DNA of 64,000 bases from an uncultured Flavobacteriales bacterium (lineage in GTDB: Bacteria > Bacteroidota > Bacteroidia > Flavobacteriales_D > Sanyastnellaceae): NCBI GenBank assembly GCA_965658045.1, contig CBFHQO010000024.1:15134-79133 (forward strand), given 5' to 3'. The stretch's first letter is position 1; each line of letters starts with the position of its first letter. Position numbers and translations under genes: made by a program. This document shows positions 44,290 to 54,106 of this stretch, piece by piece. The notes beneath the pieces are model-generated. The model was not told the origin of the DNA. It was given only the letters and a program-made list of their open reading frames with translations, and made no database searches.

Positions 44290-45332
44290 TGGCCGGCATG
44301 ACCCCAAGGGCGGTGGCCGTGCAGGCGGCCGTGACTGCTGGCCTGACCTCGTTGGCCGCGACAGCGCTGGCCACCCAGTTTGCTTCGGGCAAAGTGCACC
44401 TCGCCATGTCGTTGGCGTCTGGCGCCGTGGTCGGGACGGTGTGCTTTCTTTTGGTCTACAGGCAACTCGGGCTGTACATCCAAGATCGGGTGCGCATCAT
44501 TTACAAAACCATCCGTCGCCTGAAGGGATCCACCAGCCACGCGCACTTGGACATGGGACAAGACATTGTCGAGCAAGTCAACCGCGACGTGATGGCATGG
44601 GCGGACAGCCAAATCGAGGAAATCACCACGCTGAGGGAAGCGGACACTTTCCGGAAAGAGTTCATCGGAAACCTCGCCCACGAGCTGAAGACCCCGATTT
44701 TCAACATCCAAGGATTCATCCTGACGTTGCTCGAAGGCGGGTTGAACGACCCGGAGATCAACCGCAAATTCCTGCTCAAGGCTGCGAAAAACGTCGACCG
44801 GCTGGCGGGATTGCTGGAAGATCTGGACGTCATCACCAAGATGGAATCAGGCACGCTGGACATCGAGTTGGTGCCCTTCGATTTGCTGGAAATCATCCGC
44901 GAAACGATGGAAAGCCTCGAGCCCAAAGCAAGGCGGAGCGAGATTGACTTGAGGCTGAAAAAGGGGTTCGACGCGTCCCAAATCATGGTGAAAGGGGACT
45001 CGGCCAAGATCGTCCAAGTCCTCACCAACCTCATCGTCAACTCCATCAACTACGGCTCGGAGGAAGGGCACACGGAAATCCGTTATTACGACGCAGACGA
45101 CGCGATTTTGGTGGAGGTGGCCGACAACGGCATCGGCATCAGCGAATCGCACCTCGCCCGGGTGTTTGAACGGTTTTACCGCGTGGACAAATCGCGCAGC
45201 CGGCATGCGGGCGGATCAGGACTGGGGCTGGCCATTGTCAAGCACATCCTGGAATCCCACGGCCAAACCATCAGCGTGCGCAGCACCGAGGGCGAAGGTT
45301 CAACCTTCAGCTTCACGCTGGAGAAGGCCTGA
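44289..45332 (+). CDS. sensor histidine kinase (HisKA + HATPase_c), cognate to the upstream regulator
   Basis: TGATG 1-nt overlap with the regulator. Two TM helices, H-box FIGNLAHELKTPIF, N box NLIVNSINY, and G boxes DNGIGI and GGSGLGLAIV. Confidence 0.9.
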   Translation: MAGMTPRAVAVQAAVTAGLTSLAATALATQFASGKVHLAMSLASGAVVGTVCFLLVYRQLGLYIQDRVRIIYKTIRRLKGSTSHAHLDMGQDIVEQVNRDVMAWADSQIEEITTLREADTFRKEFIGNLAHELKTPIFNIQGFILTLLEGGLNDPEINRKFLLKAAKNVDRLAGLLEDLDVITKMESGTLDIELVPFDLLEIIRETMESLEPKARRSEIDLRLKKGFDASQIMVKGDSAKIVQVLTNLIVNSINYGSEEGHTEIRYYDADDAILVEVADNGIGISESHLARVFERFYRVDKSRSRHAGGSGLGLAIVKHILESHGQTISVRSTEGEGSTFSFTLEKA

Positions 45333-45971
45333 CCCAGCCCCATTCACAAACGGGTTTCCCTGCTTTTCGTCCCCCACGGTCGTGGGCCCGCCGTGACCTG
45401 GCCACACCACCATGGATTCAGGCAGGGTGAAGATTTGGGCTTCGATGCTCTGGGCCAGGGCCGCGGCGTCGCATCCTGGCAAGTCGGTCCGTCCCACGCT
45501 GCCCCGGAACAACACGTCCCCGCCCAAGGTCCACCCTCCACGGTGGCACACGAACGCCACGTGACCAGGGGCGTGGCCCGGCACAAAACGCACCTCCAAC
45601 TCCACTTGACCACAATCGACGATGTCGCCGTGCGCAAGGTCAAACATGGCCTCTGGCACAGGGTCCATCCGGACCCCGCAGACTTCAGCGACTCGGGGCG
45701 CCTGCTCGTAGGTCTCGCGGTCCGCAGGGTGCAGCCTGGGGACAAGCCCGTAGGTATCCTTCATCCACGCGCATCCCATGACGTGGTCCAAATGGGCATG
45801 GGTCAACACCACCTGGACGGGCTTGGCGTCAAAGCGGTCGCAGAGCTCCTGAAAAGCCTTCCGCTCTTCCACGCTGGCCATCCCTGGATCGACCACGGTC
45901 AACCCGCCATCTCCATGTTCGACGACGTAGGTCTGCTCGCCAAAGGCGTTGCACGTGAGAGTATGCACCAT
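45300..45971 (-). CDS. MBL-fold metallo-hydrolase (glyoxalase II-like)
   Basis: Metal motif THAHLDHVMG plus downstream PGHAPGH and a conserved Asp/His. Confidence 0.9.
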   Translation of the reverse strand: MVHTLTCNAFGEQTYVVEHGDGGLTVVDPGMASVEERKAFQELCDRFDAKPVQVVLTHAHLDHVMGCAWMKDTYGLVPRLHPADRETYEQAPRVAEVCGVRMDPVPEAMFDLAHGDIVDCGQVELEVRFVPGHAPGHVAFVCHRGGWTLGGDVLFRGSVGRTDLPGCDAAALAQSIEAQIFTLPESMVVWPGHGGPTTVGDEKQGNPFVNGAGSGLLQREAEG

Positions 45972-45991
45972 GGGGCGTAATTTCGGGAAGA

Positions 45992-48900
45992 ATGTGCGCG
46001 CGTCGAGTCCTTGCTGTCCTGGTTTGGTTGTGGGTCCTCGGATCCACCCACCCCCACGCCTGCGCCCAGTTCACCGACGGCATGAACGTGGCGTTCGGCA
46101 AGAACCGGGTGCAGCACCGCACGTTCGAGTGGCAGGTGTTTGAGCAAGGCAACTTCGAGGTGCACCATTACCGCGAGGGCGACCAAATCGCGGGCCAGGT
46201 CACCCGCATGCTTCAACGCGAGGCGGACGCCCTGGCGCCGATGTTTGGCCGTCAATTAGAAGGGCCGCTTCAGGTCTTGGTGTTCAACTCTCAAGAAGAA
46301 TTCCGGCAGAGCAACGTTGGCGTGATGCTCGGCCAAGACGAAGCCTCCAACCTCGGAGGGTCGGCCCGGTTGGTGGGCAGCAAGATGTTCGTCTACGCCA
46401 CGGGCGACCGCAGGTCTGTGGCGTGGCAAGTGCGAGAAGGGCTGGCGCAGGTGCTGTTCAACCAAACGATGTACGAGACCGATTGGAGCCAAGCCATCCG
46501 GTCGGGCAACGTCGTCCAGTCCCCATCTTGGATGTCCGACGGCCTCGCCCGTTACGCGGCGCGGGGGTTGGATGCCGCCAGCCAGGAAACCATCCTCGAC
46601 CTCTGCCGTCGCGACGCCTTCCGCCAATTGGAATTGGCCAGCGGGATGGATGCCGCCCTCCTCGGCCAAGCCATGTGGTCGTACGTGGCGGACATCTACG
46701 GCCTCCCGACGGTCGCCAACGTGCTGTACATGACCCGGGTGACCCAAAGCGTCGAGAGCGGGTTCCGCCTTGCCACGGGGTCCTTCCTGCAGGATTTGGC
46801 CTTGGAAGTGCAAGCCCACCACCTTCGTCAAGCGCCAGAAGGGTACGCCGCCCTGTTCCCGCCATTCCGCGACCGCAAAGAGATGCGCCAAGCTGGGCGT
46901 TCCCTGGGGCCAAGCATGCCGATGCGGCCGGTGTCCAGGCTCGCGTACACCCAGTTTCTGCCCAACCCTGAGGGCAACCTGGCGGCGTTCACGACCGACG
47001 AACGCGGTCAGCTGCGGGTGGGCACGGTGGACTTGGACAGTGGCGCACGCACCTGGCACGCCACGCTGGGCCACCGCCTCGACCGGTTGGACAACGAGTT
47101 GCATCCTCGGCTGGCCTGGGGGCCTCAGGGCCAGCTCCTGTTCTTTTCGGTGGACTTGAAGGGTGCCCCCCACCTAGGCATCGTCAATCTGGGCACGGGG
47201 GAAATGGACCTGAAAGAGCTGTTCCAAATCGACCAAGTGCTCGACATGGCGTGCTCCCCCGACGGGAGGTACTTGCTCATGTCCGCCCTCCAACACGGCC
47301 AGAGCGACCTTTATCGGTACGACATCGTGGCGAACAACCACACCCCGCTGTGGCGGGACCGGTTCGACGACTTGCAACCTGCGTTTTGGCCAGGAAGCTC
47401 GACGTTCATGTTCTCGTCCAACCGACCTGACGACACCCTTCGCAACGACCGGCTCGACCACCCCTACCCCGAGGCGCTCGACTTGTACGTCGGCGACCTC
47501 GCGGACGACCCCATCACATTGACCCGTTGGACCGCCACGCCCGACGTGGACGAGCGCCATCCCCAACCGCTTGAGGGCTGGGAATTCTTGACGGTGACCA
47601 CCGACGATGCCGGTGCGCATGGGCTGGGGTTTGGCTGGCGGGACAGCTCCATTGTGGCCGTCGACACCGTGGTGCGCTACCGCACATTCACCCAATTCCG
47701 GGATGCCTTGCCCCTGCCTGTGGCCGGGGACATGCCCGTGATGGACCGAGACCTCACCCACGTCATGGCCACCCGGGGAGGACGGACGCAGTGGACTGAA
47801 GTGGCCATGCCGGACTTGTCCGCCCTGCACGCGGCGCCTTCCTCTGCGAAGGAGTCGTTCACCCCCTTGCCCTTTCCCACAGAATTGCCCTCATGGGAAC
47901 AAGCCTGGGCCGAGGACGAAATCAACTTCCGAGCTTACGTCTTTGAGTCGGAGCGCGAGGCAACCCCCGAGGTCAAACCCGAGCAGGAGGAAGTGCCCGT
48001 GGCGGAGAACCACGCCCCGCTGACCCCCAAGAACAGCCGTTTGAACTTCGCCTTGGACAAGATCCAAACCCGCTTGAACAACACCTTCGGGTCCAATTTC
48101 TACCAGGTGTACAACGGGACGGTGAACGCCCAGCCGGGACTGGGGAACGCGTCTGAATTGCGCATCAGCGACGTCATGGACGACAAGCACATCGTGGGCG
48201 GCTACACGATTCCTGCGAATTTGTCCAACACGTTTTTTGGGCTGGCCTACTTGGACCTGGAACGGCAGGTGGACCGCATCCTGTCGCTGGAACGCCAGAC
48301 CACAGCCCGGGTCGATCCCCAATCAGGACAATTGGTGGAAACGGCCACGCACCTGTTGAGGCGCGAATGGCGGTGGGCCTTCGACGAGGTGCGAAGCCTA
48401 CGATGGGGCGCCGCGTTTCGGTTCAACCACGACGTGGTCCAAGGGACAGACCTGTTTTCAGCCTCGACCCCCAACGGGACGGGCGAGCAATTGGGGCTTC
48501 AAGTCGCCTACGTGCACGACGACACACGCAGCCCTCGGCTGAACATCCGGCACGGCCTGCGCGCCCGGGTGTGGGCCGAGATGTTTGTCGACGGGGTGGC
48601 CACCGCCTCGGCTGCGGGAGGGGAATTGACGGGGCCAGAACAAGGCTGGACGTTTGGCACGGTCGGGTTCGACGCCAGGAGGTACGTGCCCTTGGTGGGG
48701 CCAAGCATTTTGGCGCTTCGTCTGGCCGGCGATTGGAGCATCGGCCAACGCAAACTGCTGCACATGCTCGGCGGGACCGACAACAGCCTGTCCCTGCAAG
48801 GCAACGCAAACACCCCCGTCGACCCCGACGTGCCCTTCGCCTACCAGGCACGGATTGCCCCGCTGCGTGGCTTCCAAAGCAACGTCCGCAACGGCGCCAA

Positions 48901-49246
48901 CGTCGCCCTGGCCAACGCCGAGGTGCGGGTGCCCGTGTTCTTCAGCGGGGCAGGACGGGGCGACTTCCTCAAGCATCTGCAAGCCGTGGCCTTTGCAGAC
49001 GTCGGTGCCGCCTGGACGGGCCTCCACCCCTACTCGGATGAGAACGCCTTCAATTTTGTCACCGTGCAGTCCAATCCCATCACCGTCACGGTCAGCAACA
49101 ACCGTGAACCGGTGCTGTACGACTTGGGCTTTGGGCTTCGGTCCAGGCTGCTCGGATATTGGGTCGCGGCGGACTGGGCCTACGGTGTGGACGACGGAAT
49201 CACCCTGCCACGACGCTTCACTTTGTCCCTGAATTTTGATTTTTGA
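45992..49246 (+). CDS. large secreted protein (1084 aa) with PD40/TolB-like beta-propeller repeats and C-terminal beta-barrel-like region
   Basis: Signal peptide ending ACA|Q. PD40-like segments (FLPNPEGNLAAFTTDERGQLRV, CSPDGRYLLMSALQHGQSDLYRYD). The C-terminal ~350 aa have an alternating pattern ending ...FTLSLNFDF (aromatic terminus typical of outer-membrane barrels). Confidence 0.7.
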   Translation: MCARRVLAVLVWLWVLGSTHPHACAQFTDGMNVAFGKNRVQHRTFEWQVFEQGNFEVHHYREGDQIAGQVTRMLQREADALAPMFGRQLEGPLQVLVFNSQEEFRQSNVGVMLGQDEASNLGGSARLVGSKMFVYATGDRRSVAWQVREGLAQVLFNQTMYETDWSQAIRSGNVVQSPSWMSDGLARYAARGLDAASQETILDLCRRDAFRQLELASGMDAALLGQAMWSYVADIYGLPTVANVLYMTRVTQSVESGFRLATGSFLQDLALEVQAHHLRQAPEGYAALFPPFRDRKEMRQAGRSLGPSMPMRPVSRLAYTQFLPNPEGNLAAFTTDERGQLRVGTVDLDSGARTWHATLGHRLDRLDNELHPRLAWGPQGQLLFFSVDLKGAPHLGIVNLGTGEMDLKELFQIDQVLDMACSPDGRYLLMSALQHGQSDLYRYDIVANNHTPLWRDRFDDLQPAFWPGSSTFMFSSNRPDDTLRNDRLDHPYPEALDLYVGDLADDPITLTRWTATPDVDERHPQPLEGWEFLTVTTDDAGAHGLGFGWRDSSIVAVDTVVRYRTFTQFRDALPLPVAGDMPVMDRDLTHVMATRGGRTQWTEVAMPDLSALHAAPSSAKESFTPLPFPTELPSWEQAWAEDEINFRAYVFESEREATPEVKPEQEEVPVAENHAPLTPKNSRLNFALDKIQTRLNNTFGSNFYQVYNGTVNAQPGLGNASELRISDVMDDKHIVGGYTIPANLSNTFFGLAYLDLERQVDRILSLERQTTARVDPQSGQLVETATHLLRREWRWAFDEVRSLRWGAAFRFNHDVVQGTDLFSASTPNGTGEQLGLQVAYVHDDTRSPRLNIRHGLRARVWAEMFVDGVATASAAGGELTGPEQGWTFGTVGFDARRYVPLVGPSILALRLAGDWSIGQRKLLHMLGGTDNSLSLQGNANTPVDPDVPFAYQARIAPLRGFQSNVRNGANVALANAEVRVPVFFSGAGRGDFLKHLQAVAFADVGAAWTGLHPYSDENAFNFVTVQSNPITVTVSNNREPVLYDLGFGLRSRLLGYWVAADWAYGVDDGITLPRRFTLSLNFDF

Positions 49247-49250
49247 CGCC

Positions 49251-49649
49251 ATGGATCCCCTCACCCTTCTCACGTTGTTGGTCATTGGGCTGTTCGCTGG
49301 CATCGCCTCTGGATTTGTGGGCGTTGGCGGCGGCCTCATTCTGGTGCCCGCCATGGTGGCTTTCGCAGGCCTCGGGCAACACGCGGCCCAAGGCACGAGC
49401 CTCGCCATGATGTTGCCACCTGTGGGCATCTTGGCCGTCATGCAATACCACAAAGCTGGGGAAGTGCACTGGGCCTACGCGTTGGTCCTTTGCGTGACCT
49501 TCGTGGCCGGCGCATGGGGCGGGTCCAAGATGAGCCTGAAGCTTTCTGAGGCTTGGGTGAAGCTCGTGTTTGGCCTGGTCATGCTGTACGCCTCCCTTCG
49601 CATGCTGTTTCACGCGTGGAACCAACTCAAACCCACCCTCTTCCCATGA
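49251..49649 (+). CDS. half-size TauE/SafE (TSUP) family membrane protein (132 aa)
   Basis: GFVGVGGGLILVPAMV signature and about four TM helices. ATG 49251. The stop overlaps the next gene start (ATGA). Confidence 0.72.
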   Translation: MDPLTLLTLLVIGLFAGIASGFVGVGGGLILVPAMVAFAGLGQHAAQGTSLAMMLPPVGILAVMQYHKAGEVHWAYALVLCVTFVAGAWGGSKMSLKLSEAWVKLVFGLVMLYASLRMLFHAWNQLKPTLFP

Positions 49650-50842
49650 GCCTTCTTGCACGCATCCAAGCTTTGGCGGCAGAGCATCACTCGGAATGGG
49701 TGGGCATTCGGCGGCACCTGCACGCGCACCCCGAATTGTCTTTTGAGGAGCACCAAACGATGGAGTACGTGTCGTCCGTGCTCACCTCTTGGGGCGTGGA
49801 CCACCAAACCCATGTGACGGGCACGGGCATTGTCGCCCACGTTCACGGCCAGCAGCCGGACTCCCGAACTGTGGCCTTGCGTGCAGACATGGATGCCCTT
49901 CCCATCACCGAAGCCAACGAGGTGGACTACGCGTCCACCAACCCAGGCGTCATGCACGCCTGTGGCCACGACGTCCACACCACCTCCCTGCTCGGGGCGT
50001 TGCGCATCCTTCAACTGACGTCCGACGGTTGGCAGGGCACCGTGCGCTGCATCTTCCAACCGGGCGAAGAAACCATCCCAGGAGGGGCGAAGGACATGGT
50101 TGCCGCCGGCGTGTTGACCAACCCAGAACCCGCTGGGATTTTCGGTCAACACGTGTTTCCAGACCTGCCCGCCGGGCATGTGGGCGTGCGCGGCGGAGCC
50201 TACATGGCGTCGGCCGACGAGATTCACCTCACCGTGAAAGGAAAAGGAGGCCATGCGGCCTTGCCGCACAAGTGCCGGGATGCCGTCTTGGCTGCGTCCA
50301 ACGTGGTCGTGGCCGCCCAGCAACTCGTGGCCCGGTTGTGCCCACCGGGGCAACCCTCCGTCCTGTCGTTTGGCTTCATGGAAGCCGTGGGGTCGACCAA
50401 CATCCTGCCCAACGAAGTCCGGCTGAAAGGCACCTTCCGCGCCATGGACGAAGGCTGGCGCCACGAAGCCCACAAGGCGTTGGCCGCCCTGATTCAATCG
50501 ACGTGCCAGGCCTACGGCTGCGAAGCCGACCTTGAAATCCGTAAGGGCTACCCCGCCGTGAACAACCATGTGGGCATGGCTGCCGCCTTCAAGGCTGTGG
50601 CCTGCGAATACCTCGGGACTGCGCATGTGCACGACCTCGACATCCGCATGACGGGCGAGGACTTCAGCTACTTTGCCAACGAAATTCCTGGGTGCTTCTA
50701 CCGGTTGGGCACCGCCTCACCGGAGCCCGGAAACGCATTGGGGACGCACGGATTGCACACGCCGAGGTTCGACGTGGACGAAGAAGCGTTGAAAGTCGGA
50801 ACGGGGTTGATGGCGTACGCGGCCGCCACCGCCGCGTGGTGA
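49646..50842 (+). CDS. M20-family amidohydrolase (N-acyl-L-amino acid amidohydrolase-like)
   Basis: From ATG 49646: RRHLHAHPELSFEE, LRADMDALP, MHACGHDVHT and FQPGEE are M20D motifs. Confidence 0.9.
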   Translation: MSLLARIQALAAEHHSEWVGIRRHLHAHPELSFEEHQTMEYVSSVLTSWGVDHQTHVTGTGIVAHVHGQQPDSRTVALRADMDALPITEANEVDYASTNPGVMHACGHDVHTTSLLGALRILQLTSDGWQGTVRCIFQPGEETIPGGAKDMVAAGVLTNPEPAGIFGQHVFPDLPAGHVGVRGGAYMASADEIHLTVKGKGGHAALPHKCRDAVLAASNVVVAAQQLVARLCPPGQPSVLSFGFMEAVGSTNILPNEVRLKGTFRAMDEGWRHEAHKALAALIQSTCQAYGCEADLEIRKGYPAVNNHVGMAAAFKAVACEYLGTAHVHDLDIRMTGEDFSYFANEIPGCFYRLGTASPEPGNALGTHGLHTPRFDVDEEALKVGTGLMAYAAATAAW

Positions 50843-50844
50843 GG

Positions 50845-53043
50845 TCAATGGGCGACCTCCGACATGAATTTGATCTTGGCAAGCCTCAGCTCCTCCTCGG
50901 AGTAGGCGTCGTCGAATTCCTCGGTCGCCGCGGCCAACCCGTCGTCTTCCGATTCTGAAAAGAAGTCGAACAACTCCTCCAAGCACTCTTCGTCCAACGA
51001 CTCTTCCAAAATGTGGTCGAGGTTCAACTTGGTGCCTGCGCCGACAATCTTCTCAATCTCATTCAACACCATGTCTCGGTTGCCGTGGATGCCTGCCGCG
51101 ATGTCGTCGAGGCCCAGCTTGCGATCGAGCAATTGGATGATGGTGACTTTGTGCTTGGACTTGGCGGCGCTGCTCCGAACGAGCATGGCCTCGGACTTCT
51201 CAATGCTTTCGGCCTCCACATGCTCGGCAATCAGCGCCAAGAAAGGGGCGCCGTACTTGGCTGCCTTGCCTGAACCCACCCCCGTGATGCGGAGCAACTC
51301 GTCGGGTGTGGTGGGGTAGTGCGTGGCCATTTCGTCCAAACTGACGTCCTGGAAGATGACGTAGGGTGGCAATTCTTTCTCGGCACTGACCTCCTTGCGA
51401 AGGACCGTGAGCAGGTCACGAAGCTTGGGGTCGAGCACACCGCCGGCTGAGCCTCGGGTTTGGACCAACGAGTCTCCGGCGTCGGTCTCGCTGAAATCGC
51501 GTTGCTTGGCCAGCATCAAAGGCTGAGGGTTGGACAGGAACGCCATGCCCTTGTCGGTCAAGTGGAGCACGCCGTAGGTCTCCACCTCCTTTCGCAGGTA
51601 ATTGAGCACGACCAACTGTCGGAAAATGCCCTGCCAGTGGTCCAGGCCTTCTTTTTCACCGCGGCCCCAAAAGGCACTTTCGACCGCCCCGTAATCCTCC
51701 ATTTGGCGGTTTTTGGTGGCAGTCAGCAACGCGGTGTAGAAGGCCATCCGGTGCTTGTTCTTGTGTTCCAAGACGGCACTCAACACCAGGTGGGCGTCCT
51801 CCTGACGGTCCTCCAGCGTGGGCGGGTTTTGGGTGTTGTCGCAATTCTTGGCGCCTGGGCCGTTCTCCTCGTCAAACTCCTCGCCAAAGTAATGCAGCAG
51901 GAATTTGCGCCGGCTGGTGGCGGTCTCCGCGTAAGCCATGACTTCCTGCAACAGCTGCATGCCCACCTCTTGTTCCGCAATGGGTTTGCCTTGCAGGAAC
52001 TTTTCCAACTTGTCGATGTCTTTGTGGCTGTAAAACGCGATGCAATGGCCTTCGCCTCCGTCGCGTCCCGCGCGCCCCGTCTCTTGGTAATAGCTCTCCA
52101 AAGACTTGGGCATGTCGTAGTGCATCACGAAGCGGACGTCCGGCTTGTCAATGCCCATGCCAAACGCGATGGTCGCCACAATGACGTCCACATCCTGCAT
52201 GAGAAATTGGTCCTGGATCTTGCTTCGCTGGTTGCTGTCCATCCCGGCGTGGTAGGCCAAAGCCTTCACTCCGTTCACGCGCAACGTCTCTGCAATCTGC
52301 TCCACACGCTTGCGGCTCAAACAGTACACGATGCCGCTCTTGCCAGCGTGTTGCAAGCAGTGTCGCACGATTTGTTGGAGGGCGTCTTTCTTGGGGCGCA
52401 CCTCATAGAACAGGTTGTCCCGGTTGAAGGAAGACTTGAGCACCACGGCGTCCGTCATGTCCAGGTTTTTCTGAATGTCCAGCTGAACCTTCGGGGTGGC
52501 CGTGGCCGTCAACGCCATGATGGGGACATTGGCGATGTCTTTCACAATCGGTTTGATCCGGCGGTATTCCGGGCGGAAATCGTGTCCCCACTCTGAGATG
52601 CAGTGCGCCTCGTCCACCGCCACGAAGCTGATGCGCACGGAGCGCAGGAACGCGATGTTCTCAGCCTTGGTGAGGCTCTCGGGGGCAACATACAGAAGCT
52701 TGGTCCAACCCTCGGCCACATCTCGCTTCACCTGCTCGGCGTCCGATTTGCTCAGCGATGAATTCAGGAAGTGGGCCACGCGTCGGTCCTCGTGATGGCC
52801 GCGGATCGCATCCACTTGGTTCTTCATCAACGCGATGAGCGGGCTGATCACCAAAGCCACCCCGTCCATCATCAACGCCGGAAGTTGGTAGCACATGGAT
52901 TTGCCGCCACCGGTCGGCATGATCACGAATGTGTCACGTCCGTCCAGCACGCTTTGGATGGCATGTTCTTGCTCACCCTTGAATTCGTCGAATCCAAAAA
53001 ACGTCTTCAGCGCCTCTTGGGGCGCCAAATCGACCAGGCTCAT
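50845..53043 (-). CDS. recQ: ATP-dependent DNA helicase RecQ
   Basis: FGFDEFKGEQEHAI, MPTGGGKS, DEAHCISEWGHDFRP, the zinc/RQC region and a C-terminal HRDC domain. Confidence 0.96.
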   Translation of the reverse strand: MSLVDLAPQEALKTFFGFDEFKGEQEHAIQSVLDGRDTFVIMPTGGGKSMCYQLPALMMDGVALVISPLIALMKNQVDAIRGHHEDRRVAHFLNSSLSKSDAEQVKRDVAEGWTKLLYVAPESLTKAENIAFLRSVRISFVAVDEAHCISEWGHDFRPEYRRIKPIVKDIANVPIMALTATATPKVQLDIQKNLDMTDAVVLKSSFNRDNLFYEVRPKKDALQQIVRHCLQHAGKSGIVYCLSRKRVEQIAETLRVNGVKALAYHAGMDSNQRSKIQDQFLMQDVDVIVATIAFGMGIDKPDVRFVMHYDMPKSLESYYQETGRAGRDGGEGHCIAFYSHKDIDKLEKFLQGKPIAEQEVGMQLLQEVMAYAETATSRRKFLLHYFGEEFDEENGPGAKNCDNTQNPPTLEDRQEDAHLVLSAVLEHKNKHRMAFYTALLTATKNRQMEDYGAVESAFWGRGEKEGLDHWQGIFRQLVVLNYLRKEVETYGVLHLTDKGMAFLSNPQPLMLAKQRDFSETDAGDSLVQTRGSAGGVLDPKLRDLLTVLRKEVSAEKELPPYVIFQDVSLDEMATHYPTTPDELLRITGVGSGKAAKYGAPFLALIAEHVEAESIEKSEAMLVRSSAAKSKHKVTIIQLLDRKLGLDDIAAGIHGNRDMVLNEIEKIVGAGTKLNLDHILEESLDEECLEELFDFFSESEDDGLAAATEEFDDAYSEEELRLAKIKFMSEVAH

Positions 53044-53053
53044 CGGTTGGTTT

Positions 53054-53061
53054 TAGCTTTG
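53054..53061 (+). promoter_or_regulatory. candidate -7 promoter box TAGCTTTG upstream of kpsF
   Basis: Exact TAnnTTTG match in the recQ/kpsF divergent spacer, 62 nt before ATG 53124. Confidence 0.3.
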
Positions 53062-53123
53062 CGAAAAGAAAGATACACACCTGGGCGACTTCACCAAGCA
53101 CCAGAAGCAACATTTATGTCAAC

Positions 53124-54092
53124 ATGACAAATCGCCCAGAACCCCATTCCGGCAAACACACGCTGACCTTGGCCGCCCAAGCGTTGGGCCAAGCGGCTGA
53201 GCGCATGGGAGATGACTTCGACAAAGCGGTCCATTTGCTGGGAACATCGGCTGGGAAAATCGTGGTGACCGGCGTCGGCAAGAGCGCCCACATCGCGGCC
53301 AAAATCGCGGCCACCCTCAACTCCACAGGCAGTTCCGCGATGTTCCTGCACGCCGGTGAAGCGCTGCATGGGGACCTCGGAGCGGTGCAACAAGGGGACG
53401 TTGTGGTGTGCCTGTCCAAAAGCGGCCGCAGCGATGAAGTGACGCAGCTTCTTCCCTCCCTCGCCCAACGAGGTTGTGCCCTTGTGGCCTTGACGGCCGA
53501 TGCTGATTCACCGTTGGGCACGGCCGCCAGCGTCGTGTTGGACGTGTCCGTGCCCGAAGAAGCGTGCCCCTTGGACCTTGCCCCCACCACCAGCACCACC
53601 CTTCAGCTCGCCATGGGCGACGCGTTGGCCGTCGCGTTGATGGCCGCGAACGCCTTCCAAGCGAAGGACTTTGCCGCCAACCACCCCGCGGGAAGCCTGG
53701 GCAAGAAGTTGACCTGGACCTTGGCCTCCTTGGTGGACCCTGCGCGGAAACCTTCAGTGCCTTGGGACGCCTCCTTGGCTGAAGTGCTGGAAGCCATGTC
53801 CGAGGCGCGGTACGGCGCCACCGTGGTTTGGGCGCAGAACAACCCGGGCCAAATCGGCGGCATCGTCACCGATGGCGACCTCAGGCGGGCGTTGGCCCAA
53901 GGCGCCTTGGCCGACGTCACGGCAGGCGCACTGGCAAGCCCACACCCCCACACCATGCAAGCCCATGAATTGGCGGCCCAAGCCGTGAGCTGGATGAAGA
54001 CGCACAGCATCAGCCAAGTTGTGGTGATGGAAGGCGAACGCTACGCAGGCATGGTTCACCTCCACGATTGCCTGCGCGAAGGCCTCGGTTGA
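53124..54092 (+). CDS. kpsF: arabinose-5-phosphate isomerase (SIS domain + CBS pair)
   Basis: SIS motif VTGVGKSAHIAAKIAATLNSTG and a C-terminal CBS pair. Confidence 0.9.
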   Translation: MTNRPEPHSGKHTLTLAAQALGQAAERMGDDFDKAVHLLGTSAGKIVVTGVGKSAHIAAKIAATLNSTGSSAMFLHAGEALHGDLGAVQQGDVVVCLSKSGRSDEVTQLLPSLAQRGCALVALTADADSPLGTAASVVLDVSVPEEACPLDLAPTTSTTLQLAMGDALAVALMAANAFQAKDFAANHPAGSLGKKLTWTLASLVDPARKPSVPWDASLAEVLEAMSEARYGATVVWAQNNPGQIGGIVTDGDLRRALAQGALADVTAGALASPHPHTMQAHELAAQAVSWMKTHSISQVVVMEGERYAGMVHLHDCLREGLG

Positions 54093-54106
54093 CCGACATT
54101 TGCGCC

